Assembly (NCBI GenBank): GCA_963801605.1
Contig: CAWDFP010000006.1
Coordinates: 1,760,001 to 1,824,000, forward strand
DNA length: 64,000 nucleotides
Direction of reading: 5' to 3'
Origin: an uncultured candidate division Zixibacteria bacterium
Lineage (GTDB): Bacteria > Zixibacteria > MSB-5A5 > UBA10806
Shown here: in pieces, positions 39,743 to 49,650 of the stretch
How positions within the stretch are numbered: position 1 is the first letter of the stretch
Layout: each line of letters begins with the position of its first letter
Translations under genes and position numbers: made by a program
The notes under the pieces: generated by a model
What the model was told of the DNA's origin: nothing
Databases searched by the model: none
The model's input: the letters and a program-made list of their open reading frames with translations, nothing else

Positions 39743-40436
39743 GGACAGCCGCGTGAACAACGATCAAATGCTTTTATCCGCCGATGGAATAACCAAACGA
39801 TTTCGCTCCGGAGACACCTATCTTGAGGTCTTGAAAGGGGCCAGTCTGGAGCTAAAACCGTCCCAATTTGCAATACTTTCAGGGCCATCGGGATCAGGCA
39901 AAAGCACCCTGCTTTATATTTTGGGTGGGTTAGAAAAGCCGGATAATGGACGGATAATGTTCGATGGCGAAGCGATAGATTCCCTTACCAATAGCCAGAT
40001 AGACAATTATCGCAATCAAAAGATCGGATTTGTATTCCAAATGCACTATCTATTGCCGGATTTTACCGCTCTGGAGAATGTGATGATACCGGCCATGATA
40101 AGCGGTCAGCCGCGTGAGGCTATACAGGAACGAGCCCTGGCGCTTTTGGCGAAATTATCGCTTTCAGAGCGAATAAATCATTATCCCAACCAGTTATCCG
40201 GGGGAGAGCAACAGAGGGTTGCAGTAGCCAGAGCCTTAATTAACTCACCACGCCTCATTTTTGCCGATGAACCAACCGGCAACCTCGATAGAGAAAACGC
40301 AATATTACTCTTAAAGTTATTTCGGAAACTTGTCGAAGATACTGGTGTATGCGTGCTAATTGCGACTCACGATCCGGAATTAGCGCAAATGGGTGATATG
40401 ACCTTTCGCCTCCATGATGGTAAAATTCTGGCGTAA
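39735..40436 (+). CDS. lolD: Lipoprotein-releasing ABC transporter ATPase
   Basis: GPSGSGKS, GFVFQ.H.LL.DFTALEN, LSGGEQQR, DEPTGNLD. Confidence 0.9.
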   Translation: MNEDSRVNNDQMLLSADGITKRFRSGDTYLEVLKGASLELKPSQFAILSGPSGSGKSTLLYILGGLEKPDNGRIMFDGEAIDSLTNSQIDNYRNQKIGFVFQMHYLLPDFTALENVMIPAMISGQPREAIQERALALLAKLSLSERINHYPNQLSGGEQQRVAVARALINSPRLIFADEPTGNLDRENAILLLKLFRKLVEDTGVCVLIATHDPELAQMGDMTFRLHDGKILA

Positions 40437-40442
40437 AAGGTC

Positions 40443-40471
40443 TTGCAGACGACCGAAAACCCTGACATAAT
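40443..40471 (+). promoter_or_regulatory. Sigma70-like promoter upstream of mcsA
   Basis: TTGCAG-17 nt-CATAAT. Confidence 0.45.
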
Positions 40472-40529
40472 AATAACGCGGGAACAGTGGTCTAAGACCT
40501 TAAGTTCAAAGAATTGAAGGAAAAAAGGG

Positions 40530-41045
40530 ATGCTTTGTCAAGATTGCAACCAAAACGAATCTACGGTTCATCTCACGCAGATTGTCAATAACAAGAAGCT
40601 GGTCTTGAACCTGTGTAAGGATTGCGCCGAAAAGAGGGGTTTTCATTCTCCTTTTGAACATATGCCATTCCCGTTAGCTGAACTGGTAACCGGCATGGTG
40701 GGACCGAAAACCACATCTCATAAAAGTGGACGGAAATCCACCAAGATCAAAAAATGTCCCGGTTGCGGAATGACATTTGAGGATTTTGGCAAGTCGGGCC
40801 GGCTTGGCTGCGGTCAATGCTACGATACATTTCGTGTCGAAATGACCGATCTGCTTCGCAAGATTCACGGATCGCCGAAACATCGCGGTAAAGGAATGGT
40901 TGTAGAACCTGAGATGGTTAAGCCGATGAAAGAGGAATCGCGTTTGAGAGAAGAACTCAAAAAAGCTGTTGAAAACGAGGATTTTGAAAAGGCGGCCACT
41001 CTTCGCGACCAAATAAGATCGTTGACCGGAACGGAGCAGGTATAA
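40530..41045 (+). CDS. mcsA: McsA protein-arginine kinase activator
   Basis: Four CxxC motifs plus C-terminal UVR domain (EDFEKAATLRDQI). Confidence 0.93.
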   Translation: MLCQDCNQNESTVHLTQIVNNKKLVLNLCKDCAEKRGFHSPFEHMPFPLAELVTGMVGPKTTSHKSGRKSTKIKKCPGCGMTFEDFGKSGRLGCGQCYDTFRVEMTDLLRKIHGSPKHRGKGMVVEPEMVKPMKEESRLREELKKAVENEDFEKAATLRDQIRSLTGTEQV

Positions 41046-41046
41046 G

Positions 41047-42111
41047 ATGACTGTCGATATGTTAAATGAAATGGCCAGGCATACTGCTCCCTGGCTCAAT
41101 GGGGAAGGCCCCGATTCGTCTGTGGTACTATCTTCCAGAATTCGTCTGGCTCGTAATATCTCCGAATTTCCCTTTCCGCCGGCAGCCTCGGTAGATACCA
41201 GGGAAAAAGTAATCGATCTGATGGAGACCGCGGTAAAGCGTCTGCCGGGCTTAAAGCAGGGCGGCTTTTACCGGTCGCAGGATATCGAATCTTTGGATCA
41301 AATGTTTCTGGCGGAACGGCATCTGATTTCACCTCAGTTTATGAGAGACGGCATTGGGCGCGGGCTGGTAATCGACCCTAAAGAGCGGGTTTCGATCATG
41401 CTCAATGAGGAAGATCATATCAGATTGCAGGTCCTCTCGTCGGGCATGTCTCTTTATGATTGCTGGGAATATGCCAACAAGATTGATAACGATCTGGGAA
41501 AAGTATTGCAGTTCGATTTTGATGGCGATTTCGGATATTTGACCGCCTGTCCTACCAATGTTGGAACCGGATTGAGAGCATCCCTATTGATTCATCTTCC
41601 GGGCCTGGTGTTGACTCGTGAGATCGATAATGTTATCGGGCGGATTTCCAAAGTTGGGCTGATGGTTCGCGGTTTCTATGGCGAGGGCACCGACGTATTG
41701 GGCAATCTGTTTCAGATTTCCAATCAAACGACTCTGGGCCGCACCGAGGAGGAGATCATTGATTCTCTGGCCAAGATCTCCAAACAGATTATCGAATACG
41801 AGAAAGGCGCCCAGGAAACTCTGATGAAAGACGCTCCCGAGCAGATCGAGGATAAGGTCTGGAGATCGTACGGAATTCTGACCAACGCCAGAGTATTGAC
41901 ATCAACCGAGGTTATGAATCTGCTTTCGGCAATGCGTCTGGGCCTGTCTTTGGGCCTCACCGATAAATGCGACTACAAGATGCTTAATGAGCTTTTGATA
42001 ATAACCCAGCCGGCGCATTTACAGAAATACGTCGGCAGGGAAATGGATACGACCGAGCGCGATATGGTTCGTGCCGATCTGATAAGAAAAAGATTTACTG
42101 GTTCCAAGTAG
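41047..42111 (+). CDS. mcsB: Protein arginine kinase
   Basis: SSRIRLARN, NEEDH, CPTNVGTGLRAS, QISNQ.TLG. Confidence 0.95.
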   Translation: MTVDMLNEMARHTAPWLNGEGPDSSVVLSSRIRLARNISEFPFPPAASVDTREKVIDLMETAVKRLPGLKQGGFYRSQDIESLDQMFLAERHLISPQFMRDGIGRGLVIDPKERVSIMLNEEDHIRLQVLSSGMSLYDCWEYANKIDNDLGKVLQFDFDGDFGYLTACPTNVGTGLRASLLIHLPGLVLTREIDNVIGRISKVGLMVRGFYGEGTDVLGNLFQISNQTTLGRTEEEIIDSLAKISKQIIEYEKGAQETLMKDAPEQIEDKVWRSYGILTNARVLTSTEVMNLLSAMRLGLSLGLTDKCDYKMLNELLIITQPAHLQKYVGREMDTTERDMVRADLIRKRFTGSK

Positions 42112-42141
42112 AATCATGATAATTAGAAAGGGTGTTAAGCG

Positions 42142-44613
42142 ATGAACGAAATGTTCACCGAAAAAGCACGGAAGGCAATTGAATACGCTCGAGACGAGGC
42201 AGCCCGGCTCAAGCACGATTATATCGGAACCGAGCATCTGCTTTTGGGCCTGATTCGGCTCGGCGAGGGTTATGCCATCGATGTTTTAAGGAATATTGGC
42301 ATCGACGTAAACGAGCTTAAAGGTTCCATCGAGGAGATAGTCCAGCCATCCGGCGGCACGATGCAGATGGGGCAGTTGCCGTTAACCGCCAGAGCCAAGA
42401 AGACTCTGGAGGTTTCGGGCAATGAGGCCCGGGCCTTGAAATCGAAAGATATCGATACTGAGCATATTCTTTTGGCCCTGTTGAAGGACGAGGAAGGCGT
42501 GGCCTCCCAGGTGCTTTCGATGTACGATGTGGATTATAAAGAAGCCTACGAGGAGCTTCGCAATATACAATCGGGCAAACCATCCGCATTTGGCCACAAG
42601 CGCAAAAAAACCAAAACGCCGGCGCTCGATCATTTCGGCCGCGATCTAACCGAATTGGCTCGTCGCGGGCAGCTTGACCCGATAATCGGACGCGAAAACG
42701 AGATCGAACGCGTTACACAAATTCTATCGCGCCGCAAAAAGAATAATCCGGTACTGATCGGCGAGCCTGGCGTCGGCAAAACAGCTATCGCCGAGGGCTT
42801 GGCTGAGCGCATTGTTGAAAACAAGGTGCCTCAAGTTCTGGAGGATAAGCGGATAGTAACGCTCGATATGGCCTCTTTAGTTGCGGGCACCAAGTACCGC
42901 GGCCAGTTTGAGGAGCGTCTCAAAGCGGTCATGAATGAGATTTTGAGCTCCAAGGATGTCATCATCTTTATAGATGAATTGCATACTATCGTGGGAGCAG
43001 GCGGTGCGGAGGGATCGCTTGATGCCTCCAATATCTTCAAGCCGGCCTTGTCACGCGGCGAATTGCAATGCATTGGCGCCACTACCTTAAACGAGTACCG
43101 CAAGTATATCGAAAAGGATGGCGCTTTAGATCGCAGATTCCAAACCGTCATGATTGATCCTCCCACAACCGAGGATACGATCAAAATCCTCAAAGGACTT
43201 CGTCCTAAATACGAGGAACATCACAAGGTCATCATTTCGGATGAAGCGGTTGAAACTGCGGTTCATCTTTCGGATCGCTATATTTCCGGTAAATTCCAGC
43301 CGGATAAGGCTATTGATATTATCGATGAAGCCGGTTCGAGAGCTCATCTGACAGCCTACACCAAGCCTGAGATGTTCGCCAAGCTTGAGGAAGATATTCT
43401 CGAAAGCTCGAAGCAAAAGGAACAGGCAGTCAAGAATCAGGAATTCGAAAAAGCCGCTCAGCTGCGCGATACTATCAAGTTCAAAAAAGAAGAGCTTGAG
43501 CAAATGAAGCGCGATTGGGAGGAGAAACGCAATAAAGAGCGTATTGAGCTTAAGGAAGAGGATATCGCTATTGTTATCTCCAAGATGACCGGCATTCCGC
43601 TTTTCAAGCTTGAGGAGAAGGAATCCCAGAAGCTGCTTCGCATGGAAGACGAACTTGCTAAGCGTGTAGTTGGCCAGGAAGAGGCGATTACGGCAATCTC
43701 CAAAGCCATTCGCCGCACGAGGGCCGGACTCAAAGACCCCCGCAGGCCGATTGGCTCATTCATATTCTTAGGTCCTACGGGCGTAGGCAAAACCGAGTTG
43801 GCCAAAGCGCTATCCGAGTTCCTCTTTGAGGATCAGGACGCGTTGGTCAGGATCGATATGTCGGAGTACATGGAGAAATTCGCGGTATCTCGTTTGATTG
43901 GCGCTCCTCCCGGATATGTGGGTTATGAGGAAGGCGGCCAGTTAACCGAGAAGGTCAGACGTAAACCTTATGCCGTGGTGTTGCTCGATGAGATCGAAAA
44001 AGCTCATCCTGAGGTTTTCAATATATTATTGCAGATGCTTGATGACGGCCAGTTGACAGATTCATTCGGCCGCAAGGTTGATTTCCGAAACACGGTGGTT
44101 ATTATGACATCGAACATGGGCACGCGCGAAGCTCGGATCGGCAAGTCGCTTGGATTTGCCAAAGATAATATCCAATCCGATTACGATAAGATGAAAGGGA
44201 AAATCCTCGATGAGATGAAGAGGACTTTCAATCCCGAGCTAATCAACCGAATTGATGAAACGGTGATTTTCCACTCTCTGGAGAGACATCATATTCTGGC
44301 CATAGTAGATATTCTATTGCGCGATATCGTCAAGCGGATGTCGAGCAAGGCGATCACGCTGGAGCTTCGCCCCGAGGCCAAGGAGTTCTTAGCCGATAAG
44401 GGTTGGGACCCGAATTTTGGCGCCAGACCGCTTCGTCGTTCTATCCAGCGTTATCTTGAAGACCCATTAGCCGAGGAAATCCTGCGCGGCGAGCACATGA
44501 ATAATATCAATGTAATCGTCTCCAAGGATGAAACCGATGGCAAACTCAGTTTCAAAGTTGTGCCCGTTCCCAAGAAGGTTGACGAGGAAGAAGAAGAGCC
44601 AGCCTCCAAATAG
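42142..44613 (+). CDS. clpC: ATP-dependent Clp protease ATPase ClpC
   Basis: Clp N repeats, two AAA+ modules ([16 protein letters not shown]), UVR M-domain, LGF ClpP loop. Confidence 0.96.
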   Translation: MNEMFTEKARKAIEYARDEAARLKHDYIGTEHLLLGLIRLGEGYAIDVLRNIGIDVNELKGSIEEIVQPSGGTMQMGQLPLTARAKKTLEVSGNEARALKSKDIDTEHILLALLKDEEGVASQVLSMYDVDYKEAYEELRNIQSGKPSAFGHKRKKTKTPALDHFGRDLTELARRGQLDPIIGRENEIERVTQILSRRKKNNPVLIGEPGVGKTAIAEGLAERIVENKVPQVLEDKRIVTLDMASLVAGTKYRGQFEERLKAVMNEILSSKDVIIFIDELHTIVGAGGAEGSLDASNIFKPALSRGELQCIGATTLNEYRKYIEKDGALDRRFQTVMIDPPTTEDTIKILKGLRPKYEEHHKVIISDEAVETAVHLSDRYISGKFQPDKAIDIIDEAGSRAHLTAYTKPEMFAKLEEDILESSKQKEQAVKNQEFEKAAQLRDTIKFKKEELEQMKRDWEEKRNKERIELKEEDIAIVISKMTGIPLFKLEEKESQKLLRMEDELAKRVVGQEEAITAISKAIRRTRAGLKDPRRPIGSFIFLGPTGVGKTELAKALSEFLFEDQDALVRIDMSEYMEKFAVSRLIGAPPGYVGYEEGGQLTEKVRRKPYAVVLLDEIEKAHPEVFNILLQMLDDGQLTDSFGRKVDFRNTVVIMTSNMGTREARIGKSLGFAKDNIQSDYDKMKGKILDEMKRTFNPELINRIDETVIFHSLERHHILAIVDILLRDIVKRMSSKAITLELRPEAKEFLADKGWDPNFGARPLRRSIQRYLEDPLAEEILRGEHMNNINVIVSKDETDGKLSFKVVPVPKKVDEEEEEPASK

Positions 44614-44633
44614 TATTTCGATAATTGATAACT

Positions 44634-44674
44634 AAGCCCCCGGTGAACTTTGATGAGGACGCCGGGGGTTTTTA
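44634..44674 (+). terminator. Intrinsic terminator after clpC
   Basis: AGCCCCCGG...CCGGGGGTT followed by T run. Confidence 0.75.
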
Positions 44675-44916
44675 ATTGGTACTGAATTATAAGTAATGAG
44701 TGCTCGAGAATTTAGCGACGAGTATTCCGCCATTTTGGTATAAATGATATTTTATTATCATAAATTATCTCTGGACTTTAGCGCCGTTTTTATGTAAATG
44801 TATACATTCTATGAACGGAGACAAGGAAACATCTTTTTAATTTGGCAGTATAAAGCAAATTGAGTTTAAGACACAACGATGCTAAGCGAGATACAACAAT
44901 TTGAAGGAGGAGTAAG

Positions 44917-45657
44917 GTGACGAAGAGACTCATGGCAGCGATTATGGCGACATTGTTTGTGGCCAGTATGGCATTTGCCCAGGCTAAAGTTGAACCGCCT
45001 AAAACAGAGGCACCGAAAACTGAACCAAAGAAAGCGGAGCAGAAAGTGACTAATCCAATTGTGGAGATGCAAACCAATTACGGAAATATCTATCTCGAAG
45101 TATTCCAGAAGGAAACCCCGATTCACGCCGGTAACTTCCTGGCTAAAGTTGACGCCGGAAAATATGACAAGCTGACATTTCATCGCGTAATTCCGAATTT
45201 CGTAATCCAGGGTGGCGACCCCAGAGGAAACGGAACCGGCAGCATGGACGGTCCGGCTCTTGCTGATGAGAAATCACCATATCCCGAAGTTCGCGGAACA
45301 GTTGCTATGGCCCGTTCCGATTCAGCGTCAAATTGCCAGTTCTATATCAATCTGAAAGACAACTTATTCCTCGACCAGCAAAAGTTCTCGTCATTTGCCA
45401 AAGTCGTAAAGGGTATGGACGTGGTTGACAAGATCGCCATGGTGAAAACCGGTCCCAATGATAAACCTGTTGAGGCGGTTGTGATGACCAAGCTCCAGCG
45501 CGTTGATCAGATTCCAACGGCCACCAAAGCCCCGGTCGAGAAAAAGGCCATCGACAATGCGCCGGTTGAGAAGAAGACCACCGACGTTGAGAAGAAAGTA
45601 ACCGAACCCGAAAAGAAAGCACCCGAGACCGAGCAGAAATCTCCCGAAACTAAGTAA
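44917..45657 (+). CDS. Exported cyclophilin-type peptidyl-prolyl isomerase with Lys/Glu/Pro-rich tails
   Basis: Signal peptide, FHRVIPNFVIQGGD, GTVAMAR, QFYIN. Confidence 0.92.
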   Translation: MTKRLMAAIMATLFVASMAFAQAKVEPPKTEAPKTEPKKAEQKVTNPIVEMQTNYGNIYLEVFQKETPIHAGNFLAKVDAGKYDKLTFHRVIPNFVIQGGDPRGNGTGSMDGPALADEKSPYPEVRGTVAMARSDSASNCQFYINLKDNLFLDQQKFSSFAKVVKGMDVVDKIAMVKTGPNDKPVEAVVMTKLQRVDQIPTATKAPVEKKAIDNAPVEKKTTDVEKKVTEPEKKAPETEQKSPETK

Positions 45658-45658
45658 T

Positions 45659-46819
45659 TTGAAAAATCTCGTAATACTTGGCTCCTCCGGTTCGATCGGC
45701 CAAAACGCCCTTTGGGTGGCAAACCGATTTCCGGAGGAGCTTAAAATATTTGGGCTATCGGTCCATTCCAATACCGCTCTTCTTGGCGAGCAAATTAAGC
45801 TCTATCGCCCCAAAGTTGTATGCGTATCCGATGCCAGGGCCGCGTCAGCGTTTGAATTCGAGGCCAAAAAGCTCGGAGTTGAGCTTCTGGTCGGTGAATC
45901 CGCATTAGAGAGCCTTGCGGGACATCACGATGCCGATATAATCCTGAATGCCGTGGTGGGCTTTGCGGGATTGAAATCAACCCTTGCGGCCGCTCGGGCC
46001 GGCAAACGCATCGCCCTGGCAAATAAGGAATCGATGGTGGCCGGGGGAGAGTTGGTTAATGAAACGGCTCGCGAAGGAAAGGCTGAGATCGTTCCGGTTG
46101 ACTCCGAACATTCTGCCATATTTCAATGTCTTAAATCCGGGCGAACTGAGGATATCAAACGTCTGATTCTAACATCCTCAGGTGGGCCGTTCAGGCAATA
46201 TCCACTCGAGAGTTTCCGATCGATATCGGTGGAACAAGCGCTAAAACATCCCACCTGGAATATGGGAAGAAAAATTACAATCGATTCGGCAACCCTGATG
46301 AATAAAGGCCTGGAGATCATCGAGGCGGCTTACCTATTCGGCCTTCCGGGTAATAAAATCGATGTTGTTATTCATCCCCAATCGATAGTTCATTCGATGG
46401 TGGAATATATCGACGGCTCAGTTATTGCTCAGCTTTCCCGTCCCGATATGCGGCTTCCGATTGAATATGCGCTTTTTTATCCGGAACGTCGGCCCTTCGA
46501 AAATGCGGCTCTTGATTTTGGCAAGCCGTTTTCATTGGAATTCGAATCACCTGATCAAACCCGGTTTCCCAGCCTGCGGATGGCAAGGTTTGCTCTGGCG
46601 GCAGGTGGAACGGCTCCGGCGGTCTTCAATGCCGCCAATGAGATTGCAGTGGAAGCCTTTTTAGATCATAAGATTGCATTCCCGGATATTTTCCGGGCTG
46701 TCGATTTTGCCCTAAATAGCGCCGCCATTTCGAGTTCGAACAGTCTTAATTCGATTATGGATGCCGATAATACTGGTAGAGGTTTGGCCCGGAAATTTGT
46801 ACTGACCAAGAGTATTTAA
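45659..46819 (+). CDS. dxr: 1-deoxy-D-xylulose-5-phosphate reductoisomerase
   Basis: LGSSGSIG, LANKES, PVDSEH, HPTWNMGRKITIDSA, NAANE. Confidence 0.97.
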   Translation: MKNLVILGSSGSIGQNALWVANRFPEELKIFGLSVHSNTALLGEQIKLYRPKVVCVSDARAASAFEFEAKKLGVELLVGESALESLAGHHDADIILNAVVGFAGLKSTLAAARAGKRIALANKESMVAGGELVNETAREGKAEIVPVDSEHSAIFQCLKSGRTEDIKRLILTSSGGPFRQYPLESFRSISVEQALKHPTWNMGRKITIDSATLMNKGLEIIEAAYLFGLPGNKIDVVIHPQSIVHSMVEYIDGSVIAQLSRPDMRLPIEYALFYPERRPFENAALDFGKPFSLEFESPDQTRFPSLRMARFALAAGGTAPAVFNAANEIAVEAFLDHKIAFPDIFRAVDFALNSAAISSSNSLNSIMDADNTGRGLARKFVLTKSI

Positions 46820-46880
46820 TCTAGGTGAGACACGGAACTTTAGACTGAATTTGACGTTGTTTAAATAGAGATGAGAGATT

Positions 46881-47969
46881 GTGATGTTTAGCTGGATTCT
46901 TCCATTTATTATTATACTTGGACTTCTGATTTTTGTCCATGAGTTCGGGCATTTTATCGCGGCCAAACGTTCTGGGATAAAGGTCGAGAGATTTTCTCTG
47001 GGATTTCCTCCGAATATTTTATCCAGGAAAATAGGCGAGACGGAATATTGCATTGGTCTGATACCTCTGGGCGGTTATGTCAAAATGAAAGGCGATATAC
47101 CGGATTTCGCCGATGATAAAACCGAACCAAGCGGTGAGCCGGGCGAATTCATGTCGGCCCCCGTATGGAAACGGGCATTGGTAATTGTATCCGGGCCTCT
47201 CATGAATTTTGTAGCGGCAATTGTGCTCTTTATGTTCATGGTTTGGGCCTGGGGTAATCCGGAAGTGAGGCCTAATTCCACCGAGATCGGTTCCGTTGTA
47301 CCCGATACACCTGCCGAAAAAGCCGGACTTAAGGAAGGGGACAAAATCCTTACTATCGACGGGCAGCAGTTCAAGGATTTCGAGGCGATCGCCCGCTATA
47401 TCAAGAGCCAGCCGGATAAGGAATTGGCAATTGTAGTTCAGCGCGATAATAAAGACCTGAATCTTATCGCGAAATCCATGAAGCTCGACGTTAAAGATTC
47501 ATCGGGGGTCAGCCGCTCCGAAGGCAGATTGGGGATAGATCCGGTTTTTGATTTTCACTCCACAACTTTATGGGAGGGGATTAAGGGAGGCTTTCAGAGC
47601 TCGTTCTATGTTGTGGCAGTGACCTTGGATTTTCTATGGAAACTTATCACGCACCAGGAATCTATCAACAAGCTGGGCGGCCCGATCATGATAGCAGATC
47701 AGGCGGGCAAAGCTCTCAAGCGAGGAATGCCATATCTGGTAAACCTGGCGGCGTTTTTATCGATCAACCTCGGAGTTCTCAATGTGCTTCCGATTCCGGT
47801 CCTCGATGGCGGGCATTTGATGTTTCTCTCAATCGAAGCAATCAGACGCAAACCAATTCCATTTAAAAAGCGTCTTTTATGGCAGCAGATCGGCATGGGC
47901 CTGCTGCTTCTTCTCATGGTATTTGTAACTTACAATGATATTGCCAGACTGATTACCGGCGGGCAATAA
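46881..47969 (+). CDS. rseP: RIP metalloprotease RseP
   Basis: HEFGH, PLGGYVKM, PDZ domain, NVLPIPVLDGG; follows dxr. Confidence 0.95.
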   Translation: MMFSWILPFIIILGLLIFVHEFGHFIAAKRSGIKVERFSLGFPPNILSRKIGETEYCIGLIPLGGYVKMKGDIPDFADDKTEPSGEPGEFMSAPVWKRALVIVSGPLMNFVAAIVLFMFMVWAWGNPEVRPNSTEIGSVVPDTPAEKAGLKEGDKILTIDGQQFKDFEAIARYIKSQPDKELAIVVQRDNKDLNLIAKSMKLDVKDSSGVSRSEGRLGIDPVFDFHSTTLWEGIKGGFQSSFYVVAVTLDFLWKLITHQESINKLGGPIMIADQAGKALKRGMPYLVNLAAFLSINLGVLNVLPIPVLDGGHLMFLSIEAIRRKPIPFKKRLLWQQIGMGLLLLLMVFVTYNDIARLITGGQ

Positions 47970-47995
47970 TTATTAAAATTCGAAATTAAAATTTG

Positions 47996-48024
47996 AAGCG
48001 GCCTCAAGCGAGGTCGCTTTTTTT
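47996..48024 (+). terminator. Intrinsic terminator after rseP, overlapping the end of the convergent WYL gene
   Basis: AGCGGCCTC-AAGC-GAGGTCGCT followed by T run. Confidence 0.7.
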
Positions 48025-48942
48025 ATATCTAACTAAAGTTGATTTTAGAGTATTTATCATCTCAATCCGGGCGCATTCAGGTTCTATGATTTCGGCATCG
48101 GCTCCAAATCCAAGCACCCAGCGCAGGAACTCATCCTGTCCTGCAACGCTGATTTCGTAAATTACACTGCTATCCCCGTTTTCGGTTATTATTTCCTGCG
48201 GATGGTGCTGCGAGGTTCTTATCGCGATTGCCGCCTGCCCACTAAATTTTACCCTGAATTTAGCCTGTTTTCCGCTATAGACACCAAGGCTGCCCGCAAA
48301 ATAAGCTTCAATAGAAAATTCTTTGGGAATTTCGAATTTCTCCCGCAGAATTTCCAAATTCTGAACCCGGCCCAAACGGAAAGTACGGATTTCATTCCGC
48401 AGATAACAGAAACCGATCAGATACCAGGCGTGATGGCGAAAGCAAATCGCGTAAGGGGCGATCATGCGTTTGGTCTGTTTGCCATTGAGCGATAAATAGC
48501 TGATTTTTACTTTGAAGCGATTCCTGATGGCATCCTCGAGACGCGAGGCATGTTTGTGATTGCCCGGCCGTTCGGTAGATACCGCGCCGATATTGATTAT
48601 GTTCGCCCCATCCGCCGGAATTTCTCCGCCGGTAATCTTGTCGCTTATACGTCGAATAGTTTCGTGATAAAGCTTCCCGCTCGAAAAAATAGGCGAACGC
48701 AAAATACTCAACAAGAATCCGGCTTCCTGCAAACTGAGATTCCCCGGGGGGAGGAAACCGTTATGGAGAAGCTTATATCCGCCGTCATAGTATATAGGGA
48801 TGTTGGCTTCTGAAATCGAAATAATATCGCGGTAAATGGTGCGTTCGGTAACCTCGCAACGTTTAGCCAGATCGCAGGTGCGGAGCCGGTGATTAGTACG
48901 CAGTAGCGAGAGAATGTAAAGCAGGCGTTCGGTCTTTTTCAT
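48004..48942 (-). CDS. HTH-WYL-WCX transcriptional regulator (YafY/PafBC-like)
   Basis: wHTH (DLAKRCEVTERTIYRDI), AWYLIGFC..R..IRTFRL.R, WVLGFG..AEIIEP. Confidence 0.92.
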   Translation of the reverse strand: MKKTERLLYILSLLRTNHRLRTCDLAKRCEVTERTIYRDIISISEANIPIYYDGGYKLLHNGFLPPGNLSLQEAGFLLSILRSPIFSSGKLYHETIRRISDKITGGEIPADGANIINIGAVSTERPGNHKHASRLEDAIRNRFKVKISYLSLNGKQTKRMIAPYAICFRHHAWYLIGFCYLRNEIRTFRLGRVQNLEILREKFEIPKEFSIEAYFAGSLGVYSGKQAKFRVKFSGQAAIAIRTSQHHPQEIITENGDSSVIYEISVAGQDEFLRWVLGFGADAEIIEPECARIEMINTLKSTLVRYKKSDLA

Positions 48943-48973
48943 TAGCGGAAAGCCTCCGCATCTTAGGGAAAAT

Positions 48974-49645
48974 TTAAGTCTTTAAGGCAAAGGGATTAAA
49001 ATTGGTTTCATAATCATAGGTGTCGATTCCCTCGACGCGTTTGAGGAATCTGACTACGATATAAGTCAACGGAGTAAATGCAGCCTCGAATCCGACCTTA
49101 AATATATAATTGGAGACGATTACCGCGAAAAGGAGATCTCCCGGCAACACTCCGTAAAATGCAATCATCACAAAAAGGAGAGTATCGACTCCCTCGCCGA
49201 TAATGGTCGATCCGATGGTTCGTGTCCAGAGCCAACGGCCTTTTGTTAAAATCTTCATCCTGGCAAGCGTATAAGAGTTTGAAAATTCCCCGGAAAAATA
49301 AGCGAGAAGCGAGGCCACTACGATTCGCGGTGTGAGGCCTAGAATCTTATCATAGGCGTCCTGATTGACCCATCCGGAGGCCGGCGGCAGTTTACCCACG
49401 ATTATAAATGTTACGGACATTAGAAAAGCGGCAAAAAAGCCTGTCCAGATGACTCGTCGGGAATTGCGATAACCGTAAACTTCGGTTAGGATATCGCCAA
49501 AAATATAACTTATGGGAAAAAGTATCGTACCGCCATCGAATGTAAACGGCCCCAGCTTTAGAATTTTCGATGAGGCGACATTCGATATCAACAGCACCGC
49601 CACGAATAGGCCGAGTATAATATCATAATACCGGTAACGTCGCAT
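48974..49645 (-). CDS. yhhQ: Queuosine precursor transporter (YhhQ/VUT family)
   Basis: SNV.SSK, FPISY.FGDILTEVYG, RIVVASL.AY, LWTRTIGST..GE.VDT. Confidence 0.9.
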   Translation of the reverse strand: MRRYRYYDIILGLFVAVLLISNVASSKILKLGPFTFDGGTILFPISYIFGDILTEVYGYRNSRRVIWTGFFAAFLMSVTFIIVGKLPPASGWVNQDAYDKILGLTPRIVVASLLAYFSGEFSNSYTLARMKILTKGRWLWTRTIGSTIIGEGVDTLLFVMIAFYGVLPGDLLFAVIVSNYIFKVGFEAAFTPLTYIVVRFLKRVEGIDTYDYETNFNPFALKT

Positions 49646-49650
49646 ATCCG

